The position numbers and the translations under genes were made by a program. Below, piece after piece: positions 1-8,569 of a stretch of DNA of 64,000 nt; within the stretch, counting starts at the first letter, position 1, and each line of letters opens with the position of its first letter. Below the pieces are notes generated by a model. The model searched no databases and was not told where the DNA came from. It saw nothing but the letters and a program-made list of their open reading frames with translations. Origin of the DNA: Candidatus Shapirobacteria bacterium (GTDB taxonomy: Bacteria > Patescibacteriota > Microgenomatia > UM-FILTER-40-11); NCBI GenBank assembly GCA_020059745.1, contig JAGVBK010000004.1, positions 100,797 through 164,796 on the forward strand, in the 5' to 3' direction.

Positions 1-7
1 ATATCTC

Positions 8-205
8 ATGCGCCACAAAAACCAAGCTGTCACAAAGGAACAGATCATCAACCATGTATGGGATTACGATGCTGATGTTCTCCCTAATTCAGTTGAAGTT
101 TATATAAAACATTTACGCACGAAGATTGATGATCCATATCCCAATAAACCCTTAATTTATACAATTAAAGGGTTTGGTGGATACAAAATATCGGAAGAAC
201 CGTAA
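8..205 (+). CDS. Response regulator, C-terminal OmpR/PhoB-type winged-helix fragment (N-terminus lies outside the window)
   Basis: VWDYDADV...VEVYIKHLRTKID...IYTIKGFGY matches the OmpR-family DNA-binding domain; the ORF starts at the window edge. Confidence 0.6.
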   Translation: MRHKNQAVTKEQIINHVWDYDADVLPNSVEVYIKHLRTKIDDPYPNKPLIYTIKGFGGYKISEEP

Positions 206-208
206 ACC

Positions 209-1258
209 ATGACTACATTTCATTTCGCCAGATTAAAACTGACAGCCTGGTATCTTATTATAATAATGGCACTTAGCGTGCTGTTTAGCCTTGTAATATA
301 CCGAGTGCTTACGGCTGAAATCGATCGTTTTGAGAGAGCACAGCGATTTTTCATCGAAAGAAGGCTTCAGGAAGGAACTTTGCCACTTCCTCCAGGAAGA
401 AGGCTGTTTTTATTTGGTAATGGAGAACCTCCAAATCCGCAGCTTTTAACAGAAACCAAACAACGAATCTTAACTATGATTATCCTTGCGAATACAGGTA
501 TCTTAGTAATAACAGGAGGGCTTGGCTATTTTCTTGCGGGAAGAACGCTCAAACCTATCAAAGAAATGATGGATGAACAGAACAGATTTATAACCGATGC
601 TTCTCATGAGTTAAAAACCCCGCTTACTTCCCTACGCAGCGAATTTGAAGTAGCAATGCTTAACGATGCGAAAATGACTCTGAAGGAAGCAAAACAGCTT
701 ATCAAAAGCGGCTTTGAAGAAATTGTTGAATTACAAGGTCTTGCTGAAAACTTGATTGAGTTAACACAACAAAGTAAAAAACGAGGACTTATCAAAAGAG
801 AGGAAGTTTCACTTCTTGAAATAGCCGAGGCGGCTTTGAAAAAGGTTGTTCCTCTTGCCAAGCAAAAACACATCACTATAAACAACGATATTGATGATTA
901 TATCCTTGAAGGAGAAAACCAAAGCCTGACAGAGTTGTTTGTAATTCTCTTGGATAATGCAATCAAATATAGTCCCCAGCATTCAAAGATTTCACTTTCC
1001 TCAAAGAAAACCGATCATCATATTCGAATTGAGATAACAGATACTGGAATGGGCATTGATGAAAAAGACCTTCCCCATATCTTCGACAGGTTTTACAGAG
1101 CTGATAAATCCCGTTCAAAAACAACTGGATATGGGCTAGGGTTATCAATTGCTAAGCAAATAGTTGAGACTCATAATGGATCGATTTCTGCAGAAAGCAA
1201 ACCTAACAAGGGATCAAAATTTGTTATAAAGCTACCTCTAACCATATCTCACACATAA
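209..1258 (+). CDS. Sensor histidine kinase
   Basis: N-terminal TM segment, HisKA H-box SHELKTPLTSL, HATPase_c motifs (DNAIKYS, GYGLGLSIAK). It lies immediately downstream of the response regulator. Confidence 0.8.
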   Translation: MTTFHFARLKLTAWYLIIIMALSVLFSLVIYRVLTAEIDRFERAQRFFIERRLQEGTLPLPPGRRLFLFGNGEPPNPQLLTETKQRILTMIILANTGILVITGGLGYFLAGRTLKPIKEMMDEQNRFITDASHELKTPLTSLRSEFEVAMLNDAKMTLKEAKQLIKSGFEEIVELQGLAENLIELTQQSKKRGLIKREEVSLLEIAEAALKKVVPLAKQKHITINNDIDDYILEGENQSLTELFVILLDNAIKYSPQHSKISLSSKKTDHHIRIEITDTGMGIDEKDLPHIFDRFYRADKSRSKTTGYGLGLSIAKQIVETHNGSISAESKPNKGSKFVIKLPLTISHT

Positions 1259-1304
1259 GATTTTTAAGCCACTTTTAAGTTCTGCCATTTAGAATTTTTT
1301 ATAT

Positions 1305-2612
1305 ATGTCTTTATTAAAAGCATTTTTGGCAAAACTCAAAGGCTTTAAGAATTGGTTTGTAAAAGCTTCTCTGATCAAGAAACTGATTATTGTCACCATC
1401 GTTATCGGTATTGGCTGGTTTTCCATAACCCGAATTTTAAGCACGCGAAGCCAACAACCTCAGTACCAAACAGCTCAAGCAGAAAAAGGCACACTTATTA
1501 CCTCTGTTTCTGCTTCAGGAACGATTTCTCAAGGAAGTCAGGTAAGTATTACTACCCAAGCCACGGGAATAGTAAAAGAAGTTTATGTTTCCGACGGAGA
1601 TACAGTTACAGCAGGTCAGAAAATTGCCGAAATTACTCTCGACACCGCCTCGAAACAAAAACAAGCTGCCGCCTGGGCAAGTTATTTATCAGCTAAAAAC
1701 AGTTTAGAATCCGCTAAAACTAGCATCTACACCCTACAGTCTGCTCTGTTCGCAGCCAATCAGAAATTTATTAATGATGCTGTTGCCAGAGAACTACCTG
1801 CCGACGATCCAACTTACATTCAACAGAATGCCGATTGGTTAGCAGCAGAAGCAAAATACAAAAACCAGCAATCTGTAATAGAACAATCTCAGGCATCACT
1901 GAATAGTGCCTGGTTGTCATACACCCAAACTTCCTCAACCATCACCGCGCCAATGGCGGGGACTGTCACAGGCCTAACCCTTACAACTGGTTCATCGGTT
2001 GGTAGTCAAACATCATCCTCAACTTCGAATGGCACAGGAAGTTCCAATCAAAATGTCGGAACTATCCATGCAATTCAAAATATGTTGCAAGCAACAGTAA
2101 ATCTAACAGAAATTGATGTTGTAAAAGTTAAGCCTGGGCAAAAAGTAACGCTCACCCTAGACGCATTTCCAGACAAGACTTTTACTGGCAAGGTGGCAAC
2201 AGTCAACACGAACGGCTCTGTCAGTTCAGGAGTCACGACATATCCAACAACCATAACCTTTGATTCAGCATTAGATAGCATATATCCTAATATGGCTGTA
2301 AATGCGACCATCATTACCAACATTAAAGACAATGCCATTCTAGTGCCTTCAGGGGCAATTCAGACAGTTAATAATCAGTCTATTGTTCGAGTAATGAAAA
2401 ATGATCAGGTAATCTCAGTTCCTGTTGAAATTGGAGACTCGAATGATACACAAACGGAGATCGTTTCAGGAATCGACGAGGGAGACACGGTGATTACGGG
2501 GGGCACTACAACCCAAAATAATACCACCCCACAAGGAACTACCTCTCCGTTTGGGGGAAGTTTTGGAAGTAGAGGCGCGGGGGGAGGGCAAATTTTCATT
2601 CAAAGAAGATAA
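1305..2612 (+). CDS. HlyD/MacA-like periplasmic adaptor subunit
   Basis: N-terminal TM anchor, a biotin-lipoyl-like VSDGDTVTAGQKIAEI, coiled-coil and beta-barrel regions. It directly precedes the ABC ATPase and FtsX-type permease. Confidence 0.6.
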   Translation: MSLLKAFLAKLKGFKNWFVKASLIKKLIIVTIVIGIGWFSITRILSTRSQQPQYQTAQAEKGTLITSVSASGTISQGSQVSITTQATGIVKEVYVSDGDTVTAGQKIAEITLDTASKQKQAAAWASYLSAKNSLESAKTSIYTLQSALFAANQKFINDAVARELPADDPTYIQQNADWLAAEAKYKNQQSVIEQSQASLNSAWLSYTQTSSTITAPMAGTVTGLTLTTGSSVGSQTSSSTSNGTGSSNQNVGTIHAIQNMLQATVNLTEIDVVKVKPGQKVTLTLDAFPDKTFTGKVATVNTNGSVSSGVTTYPTTITFDSALDSIYPNMAVNATIITNIKDNAILVPSGAIQTVNNQSIVRVMKNDQVISVPVEIGDSNDTQTEIVSGIDEGDTVITGGTTTQNNTTPQGTTSPFGGSFGSRGAGGGQIFIQRR

Positions 2613-2631
2613 TATTTTCTAATAAAATGCT

Positions 2632-3357
2632 ATGCCAACAATTATTAGGGCAAGAAATCTATCAAAAGTCTATAAAACGGAAACGGTTGAAACAGTTGCG
2701 CTTAACAATGTTTCTTTTGATATAGAAAAGGGCGAATTTGTGGCTATCATGGGACCATCAGGAAGCGGCAAGTCCACTCTTATGCACATTCTGGGGGCAC
2801 TGGATACTCCAACAAATGGTGAATATATTTTGGACGGAGAAAATGTCAGCAAACTTCAAGATGACGAATTGGCTGAAATCCGAAATAGGAAAATAGGTTT
2901 TGTCTTTCAGGCTTTTAATCTACTTCCCCGAAGAACAGCTTTGCAAAATGTGATGTTGCCTATGACCTACGCAGCTATCTCAAAAGAGCAGCGTCTGGAA
3001 AAAGCTAAAAAGTATCTGAAAATGGTTGGTCTGGAAGATCGCATGGAACACACTTCAAATCAGCTTTCAGGCGGCCAGCAACAAAGAGTGGCAATCGCAC
3101 GCAGTCTTGCTATGAACCCCGCGATCTTACTTGCCGATGAACCAACAGGAAATATCGCCAGTATTCAAGCCGAAGAAATAATGGCCATATTCCAAAATCT
3201 TAATAAAAAAGGACATACCATAGTCATGATTACCCACGAACCTGATATTGCCGAACATGCAAAAAGGATTATTCACATAAAAGACGGCAAGATTGTCAAT
3301 GATGGTAATGGACACAAGCAAAGGAAGGTAAATGGAATACACAGAGATAATAACTGA
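2632..3357 (+). CDS. ABC transporter ATP-binding protein (MacB/LolD-like)
   Basis: Walker A GPSGSGKST, ABC signature LSGGQQQRVAIARSL, Walker B ILLADEPTGN. Confidence 0.9.
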   Translation: MPTIIRARNLSKVYKTETVETVALNNVSFDIEKGEFVAIMGPSGSGKSTLMHILGALDTPTNGEYILDGENVSKLQDDELAEIRNRKIGFVFQAFNLLPRRTALQNVMLPMTYAAISKEQRLEKAKKYLKMVGLEDRMEHTSNQLSGGQQQRVAIARSLAMNPAILLADEPTGNIASIQAEEIMAIFQNLNKKGHTIVMITHEPDIAEHAKRIIHIKDGKIVNDGNGHKQRKVNGIHRDNN

Positions 3358-4555
3358 AGCCATAGGCACCCTCACTGTCAATAAACTAAGAACGGGGCTT
3401 GCTACTCTTGGAATCGTCATCGGTATAGGCAGCGTTATTGCTCTCGTTTCACTCGGCCAAGCGAGCCAAAAGTCGGTCGAGTCACAAATTCAGTCTCTCG
3501 GATCAAATTTGTTAACTGTGTCTCCAGGTGCTGTTAGCCAGGGAGGTGTTCGAGGAGCAACAGGAGGTGGCACCACCCTCACCTTGGAAGATGCTAAAGC
3601 CATTAGCTCTACTTCTCAAATAACCACGATTCAGGCAGTTTCTCCTGAATACCAAAGCAGAGGCCAAGTTACAACAGGTAGAACCAACACTAATACACAA
3701 ATACTAGGCGTAACACCCGTCTACGCCGATATTAGAAAAGTAACAATGGCCCAGGGTAGTTTTATCAGCGAGCAACAAGTTAGCGGTATGGCCAAGGTAG
3801 CTGTAATTGGCCCAACTGTTGTTACCGATCTTTTTGGCGAAGGAGCAAGTCCAGTTGGACAAACTGTGAGGATAAACGGCCAAACATTAACCATTATCGG
3901 AATAACAGAAGCAAAAGGTGGTTCAGGATTTCAAAATCAGGATGATATTGTTTTTGTTCCCCTCTCAACAGCCCAAAAACAACTCTTTGGTGCAGATCAC
4001 TTAACCTCAATCGTCCTTGAGGCAAAATCTGCAGATGTTATGGTAAATGCACAAAATGAGGTAGGCTATTTTCTTTTGGCAAGACATAAGTTAAACGATC
4101 CAGCAAAAGCGGATTTCTCAATAATGAATCAGCAGGACATTTTAAATACTGTAAACCAGGTAACAGGCACCTTTACAACTCTTTTGACTGGAGTTGCCGC
4201 CATTTCTCTTTTGGTTGGAGGCATTGGCATTATGAACATAATGCTTGTTACTGTTACAGAACGAACCAGAGAAATAGGGCTTCGAAAAGCCCTTGGTGCA
4301 AAAAAGAAAGTTATTATCACTCAGTTTTTAATGGAATCTATTATTCTTACGTTCGCTGGAGGGTTAATCGGAATAGGGATTGGAATTTTGGCTTCATTTA
4401 TCATTACCAAACTTAGCAATTCTCCATTTGTTGTGTCTCCGAGCTCAATTCTCTTAGCATTTGTAGTATCCGCAGGGATAGGTATATTGTTTGGCTGGTA
4501 TCCAGCCCAAAAAGCAGCAAATCTACAGCCAATTGAAGCTCTGCGATATGAGTAA
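3332..4555 (+). CDS. ABC transporter permease, FtsX/MacB family
   Basis: N-terminal TM segment, a large periplasmic domain, then a C-terminal three-helix FtsX-like bundle. It overlaps the ATPase gene. Confidence 0.8.
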   Translation: MEYTEIITEAIGTLTVNKLRTGLATLGIVIGIGSVIALVSLGQASQKSVESQIQSLGSNLLTVSPGAVSQGGVRGATGGGTTLTLEDAKAISSTSQITTIQAVSPEYQSRGQVTTGRTNTNTQILGVTPVYADIRKVTMAQGSFISEQQVSGMAKVAVIGPTVVTDLFGEGASPVGQTVRINGQTLTIIGITEAKGGSGFQNQDDIVFVPLSTAQKQLFGADHLTSIVLEAKSADVMVNAQNEVGYFLLARHKLNDPAKADFSIMNQQDILNTVNQVTGTFTTLLTGVAAISLLVGGIGIMNIMLVTVTERTREIGLRKALGAKKKVIITQFLMESIILTFAGGLIGIGIGILASFIITKLSNSPFVVSPSSILLAFVVSAGIGILFGWYPAQKAANLQPIEALRYE

Positions 4556-4582
4556 AAATATGAAAGGAGGTGAAGTTTTTAT

Positions 4583-4996
4583 ATGCAAAAAAATAGTATT
4601 GTCGTCACAATAATCGTTGCGTTAATAGTTGGTGTCGCTGCCTTTTATGGTGGAATGCAGTATCAACAACGCCAAAAAGCCAGTTTTGGTGGTAGGCAAT
4701 TCACGACTGGTGTCCCAAACGGGCAATTCCAGGCCAGGGGCAACCTCCAGGGAATACGCCCCATCAATGGCGAGATCATCAGCCAAGATGAAAATAGCAT
4801 TACCGTCAAAATGCAGGACGGCAGTTCCAAGATCGTAATCCTGTCTGATCAAACCGCAATCAACAAGGCATCTACAGGATCAAAGGACGACTTAAAGACA
4901 GGTGAGCAGGTAGCGGCTTTTGGGACTGAAAACTCAGACGGAAGCATAACTGCTCAGAATATTTCGATTGGAGAAACTTTTAGGGTTAGACAATAA
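4583..4996 (+). CDS. Hypothetical small membrane-anchored protein
   Basis: ORF with an RBS-like aggagg upstream and one N-terminal TM helix. No recognisable motif. Confidence 0.4.
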   Translation: MQKNSIVVTIIVALIVGVAAFYGGMQYQQRQKASFGGRQFTTGVPNGQFQARGNLQGIRPINGEIISQDENSITVKMQDGSSKIVILSDQTAINKASTGSKDDLKTGEQVAAFGTENSDGSITAQNISIGETFRVRQ

Positions 4997-5033
4997 GGTT
5001 CCCAACCCTCACTAACAATGCCTCTAATCAAAT

Positions 5034-5046
5034 TGGTTATATTAAG
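5034..5046. repeat. 13-bp direct repeat TTGGTTATATTAA, copy 1 (copy 2 at 5809-5821)
   Basis: An exact 13-mer found on both sides of ORF 5255-5806. Confidence 0.5.
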
Positions 5047-5254
5047 TACTATTTGGGTTAAGAAAATTCCAGGCTAATTTCTTTTTGCTCGAGGATCGTA
5101 ACGTTAATATAAGCAAAGCTTGTTTCTCATATTCACTCAAAATAACCAGTCAATATGTGCGTATACTCAAAATATTCGAGGATATTATTTTTGTTCAGAA
5201 GCTAAAAATGGAAATGATACAAATACGAAATACATGTTTTATTTAATAAACCTA

Positions 5255-5806
5255 TTAAGTTCTCTTCATATAAAAAGACATACTCGAAACAGTAATTGCC
5301 ATCGGAGATTTGAAGGGTATTGCAACTTTATTCTCATCCTTTATATCCTGTGTCGGCTCATTAGATGTGGATATCACCTGAAAAGCTATATCACCTTCAA
5401 CTTGTTGTACTGCGCTAAAATATACTCGTTTACAACTCTTGGGTGGCAGATACCTGAGCTGTAATAACATAATGCCCTTGTTGTTAGCTTTCCCACTCAG
5501 AATAAATGCTCCAGAATTGACTGACATATTTCCAAATGTTAATTCTGAATCATGATCTTGATCTTCGATATTGGTAATTTTCAATGGTGGAGGCGAGTTT
5601 AAGTTTGTTGGTAACCATGCCACTATTTGAGTGTCGAAAAGCGGAGTTTCTGTTTTATTGTAAACAACAAAATATCCCTCTTTATTCCACGTAGTTTTGG
5701 TTAGATGTATTTTTTTCGGTTTTACATCGATTTTTGGTTGAACAAATTTTACAATCCAACCAATAATATCTTTTGTAAAACCAAGTAATGAAAGAGTATC
5801 AACCAT
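5255..5806 (-). CDS. Hypothetical protein, 183 aa, downstream of the NTase operon
   Basis: Clean ORF with no recognised motif. Flanked by the 13-bp direct repeats. Confidence 0.4.
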   Translation of the reverse strand: MVDTLSLLGFTKDIIGWIVKFVQPKIDVKPKKIHLTKTTWNKEGYFVVYNKTETPLFDTQIVAWLPTNLNSPPPLKITNIEDQDHDSELTFGNMSVNSGAFILSGKANNKGIMLLQLRYLPPKSCKRVYFSAVQQVEGDIAFQVISTSNEPTQDIKDENKVAIPFKSPMAITVSSMSFYMKRT

Positions 5807-5808
5807 AT

Positions 5809-5858
5809 TTGGTTATATTAACTTACCTAAGCTCCGCGGGCCTAAGATTAATATAACC
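5809..5858. promoter_or_regulatory. Perfect 11-bp inverted repeat (GGTTATATTAA ... TTAATATAACC, 26-nt spacer), giving a candidate hairpin terminator after the NTase gene or an operator for ORF 5255-5806
   Basis: Left arm 5811-5821 and right arm 5848-5858 are exact reverse complements. The left arm is also copy 2 of the 13-bp direct repeat (5809-5821). Confidence 0.4.
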
Positions 5859-5950
5859 TTTGACTTCACTCCAATTATACTCGCCTTACAAGATTTGAGG
5901 TACATCGGAGAGATGAGGCAAAGGTGGGAAGAAATTAAAAAAATTAGCAC

Positions 5951-7369
5951 TCATTCATCTTTAATTCCAACATAAAACCTGCCGGTGGCGACACAAACAC
6001 CCTTATTTATGGCATAGCAATCAACCCAATGCATACCTGGGTATTGGGTGTGTTCTTCTTTAAAGTCTGAGTCTCCCTCGCAAAAGTGAAATTCGTTTCC
6101 TCTCCAACCGCCTATGCGTGCCATTTCTAATGCCGGAAGTCCATTATTAACCACTAACCACCTTATTTCATCATATACAAGTCCATTAATATCTGGTGAA
6201 AAATATAAGGAATAGTCCTTGCTAAGATATTCTCCTGAAGTCATTGACCTTGTGCCATTAAGTACCTCAAGTTGAAACTTAGAAAATGGTTTTGGAATAT
6301 TCTTGAAAGAAGGAGGATTTTTAACCTTTTCTGAGCGCTTGACCTTGCAGGAAACGTTAATTTTTGAGGGGTTAGGAGCAAAAGGCCATGGCGGATTAGC
6401 AATGAGACTCTCCCTCAAAGCAGAATATACTTCTTCTCTTTCCTCTTCTGGCATGTTCACAAATTTACTTAATGCTTTGGAGGCAAAATCCACGGCTAAT
6501 TTTCTTTGCACTCCCGTTTTGTCTTCATTCAAATAACTGTCCACAAAAATATTGCTCTCTGCCATATCTGGTATTGCTGGTTTCTCTAGCCATTGCCCCA
6601 TATTTTTAAGGAAATAACAAACTGTATCATAAAAATTAATACCTTTATTCTGGGCAAAGATATTTGTGATAACCAGCTCAAAATGAAAGGATTTCAGCTC
6701 AAACTCGGTTAATCCGGCATTACACGACTTTTTCCAAACTTTAGCAAACTTGACGGATTTTCTATAACTAGGATTTGAATTTAAATTTAAAGCTTGTTTG
6801 ATGTAGCCTTTGGGGTCAGACAAAATCCAGGGAATTTTCCCTCCACTAACGCTATATTTCTTGGCCCAATTGCCCTGGTGCATTTTCTGGATTTCTGGAA
6901 CCAAATAAATATCGTCTCCATGCCTGTTTTTTCTTCCAGATTTTAAAGCGGGAACAACATCTATGGAAAAACCCTTTTCTTTTGGAAAAGCGATGCTAAC
7001 TGAGTGTGTTTGGTCTGCGTCAATTTCTACTTCTTCTCCTATTTTACGATAACCTTCGGCCAAAATTGAAGCTAAGCTTTGTAATGGGTCTTTAACATCA
7101 AAATAGAAGGGTTCACCTTGCTTAGCGCTTGAAAAAAGCTTACTTCCGGTTACTTGAAAAGCTTCAGGTAATATCCATATTATGTCAAGGTCGTGAACGG
7201 GGGTTACTGAAGTTTCTCTAACATATGAACCGCTTTGAAAAATTTCATTCCCCAATATCTCTTGAAGGTCGCTGTAATGTTTTGAAATAACTTCTCTTTC
7301 CTCCGCCGGGGGCGATAAATACTTGCGACAAAACTCCTCTAAGGTGGTATTAACTTCGTCTTGGTTCAT
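5951..7369 (-). CDS. CD-NTase / SMODS-like nucleotidyltransferase (pol-beta superfamily) with an extra C-terminal domain
   Basis: GSYVRETSVTPVHDLD fits the GS...[DE]h[DE] pattern, with a third acidic residue in FSIDVVPAL. A helical C-lobe follows, then ~140 aa of unknown function. Confidence 0.55.
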   Translation of the reverse strand: MNQDEVNTTLEEFCRKYLSPPAEEREVISKHYSDLQEILGNEIFQSGSYVRETSVTPVHDLDIIWILPEAFQVTGSKLFSSAKQGEPFYFDVKDPLQSLASILAEGYRKIGEEVEIDADQTHSVSIAFPKEKGFSIDVVPALKSGRKNRHGDDIYLVPEIQKMHQGNWAKKYSVSGGKIPWILSDPKGYIKQALNLNSNPSYRKSVKFAKVWKKSCNAGLTEFELKSFHFELVITNIFAQNKGINFYDTVCYFLKNMGQWLEKPAIPDMAESNIFVDSYLNEDKTGVQRKLAVDFASKALSKFVNMPEEEREEVYSALRESLIANPPWPFAPNPSKINVSCKVKRSEKVKNPPSFKNIPKPFSKFQLEVLNGTRSMTSGEYLSKDYSLYFSPDINGLVYDEIRWLVVNNGLPALEMARIGGWRGNEFHFCEGDSDFKEEHTQYPGMHWVDCYAINKGVCVATGRFYVGIKDE

Positions 7370-7913
7370 ATCGGTACGAGGACATAATGGAAAAGATATC
7401 GCTCACTAAGCGAAGTGGCATGCTTGATAGAGCATACCATTTGTAATCTTTAATTATTTCTTTATGTTTATCGTCAAGTTGGTAGCCTATTTCAAAGGTA
7501 TAAATAATTAAAGGTTTATCGGCTCGCCTGACCATTTGAAAAAAATCGTCAAAGTCATTCATTCCCCTATGGTATCCCAGTATTATAATGCCAGCTTCAT
7601 CAATATCTTTCTGGTCAATAGCATGGAAATCGGTTACAACTCCTTTAGAGACATTAAAATAGCCTGAACTCTTAAGAACCCCAAGCTCCCGTTCCATGTC
7701 TTTTGTCCCGCCATCATTTCTCTTTCCTCCAGGCGGACAAAAAATAAAAACCTTTTTGCCTAAATTCTTCCCAAGTCTCCAAAAAACTTTGGCCGACCGG
7801 CTGAAAATAACAATGAACCCTACAATAGCCACGAGAAGACCACCAGCGGCTTTTAAAATATCCCAAGCATCTAAAGCAGTGGTAATTTTATTAATATCTA
7901 TATCGGTTTTCAT
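7350..7913 (-). CDS. Single-pass membrane protein with a small alpha/beta (Rossmann-like) domain, translationally coupled to the NTase
   Basis: One TM helix (LLVAIVGFIVIFS), then VFIFCPPGG...GGT...IIILGYHRG. Its stop overlaps the NTase start by 20 nt. Confidence 0.45.
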   Translation of the reverse strand: MKTDIDINKITTALDAWDILKAAGGLLVAIVGFIVIFSRSAKVFWRLGKNLGKKVFIFCPPGGKRNDGGTKDMERELGVLKSSGYFNVSKGVVTDFHAIDQKDIDEAGIIILGYHRGMNDFDDFFQMVRRADKPLIIYTFEIGYQLDDKHKEIIKDYKWYALSSMPLRLVSDIFSIMSSYRYEPRRS

Positions 7914-7973
7914 CTTTTTCTTTCAAAACAAATGCTTGACATTTACTGTAGATATACCATAAACTTATTATAA
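7914..7973. promoter_or_regulatory. Divergent promoter region between the TM-NTase operon and lexA
   Basis: TTGACA at 7936-7941. TACTGTAGATATACCA contains a CTGT half-site reminiscent of an E. coli-type SOS box, but the second half-site is not matched. Confidence 0.25.
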
Positions 7974-8567
7974 ATGCAAGATGTAAAACCGCTTACAGAG
8001 CGGCAAAAACAAGTTCTAGACTTCATAAATTCATTTTTAAGCGAGAAAGGCATTTCCCCTTCGCTCAAGGAAATTGCCAGCTTTTTAAATACAAATAATC
8101 TTAGCTCAGCTCAATATTTCATTAATGAGCTTGAAGATAAGGGGTATCTTCGGAAAAATGCCAATAAAGCAAGAGGAATCATGCCTATCCCAAAAAAATA
8201 CTCAATTCCTTTGCTCGGTTTTATTGCCGCAGGAGAACCAATTGAGCCAATTGAATCTCCGGATGAAATATCCATTCCTCCAAGCATGGAAATAGACATA
8301 AAGTATCCTCACTATGCCCTCCAAGTTAAGGGTGATAGTATGATTGATATGGGGATTTTAGATGGTGATATTGTTATTATTAAACATCAGTTAACTGCTA
8401 GTAGCGGAGAAACGGTCGTTGCCGTTACAGAGAATGGAGCAACCTTGAAAATCTTTAAAAAAGAAAACGACCAAGTATTTTTGGAACCAAGAAATAAGGA
8501 GTATCAGACAATTTATCCGCAAAGGCTAGATATTAGAGGCAAATTTGTTGGCTTAATTAGAAACTAA
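7974..8567 (+). CDS. lexA: LexA repressor (S24 peptidase)
   Basis: N-terminal winged HTH, cleavage-site region LLGFIAAGEPI, catalytic Ser in KGDSM and Lys in TLKIFKK. Confidence 0.85.
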   Translation: MQDVKPLTERQKQVLDFINSFLSEKGISPSLKEIASFLNTNNLSSAQYFINELEDKGYLRKNANKARGIMPIPKKYSIPLLGFIAAGEPIEPIESPDEISIPPSMEIDIKYPHYALQVKGDSMIDMGILDGDIVIIKHQLTASSGETVVAVTENGATLKIFKKENDQVFLEPRNKEYQTIYPQRLDIRGKFVGLIRN

Positions 8568-8569
8568 AC

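Noticed and set aside
604-885. Numerous short antisense or alternate-frame ORFs inside confidently called genes (for example 604-885, 1352-1696, 2670-2852, 3512-3700, 15511-15711, 24639-25133, 26712-27158, 31877-32203, 44017-44654, 47059-48553, 51118-51893, 62976-63832)
   Set aside because: They are embedded in genes with strong motif support on the other frame or strand, and have no RBS or motif support of their own.
5120-5464. 114-aa plus-strand ORF in the AT-rich gap
   Set aside because: Low-complexity AT-rich translation (Leu/Ile/Tyr/Asn-rich) that overlaps the 3' end of the minus-strand gene 5255-5806. Likely non-coding.
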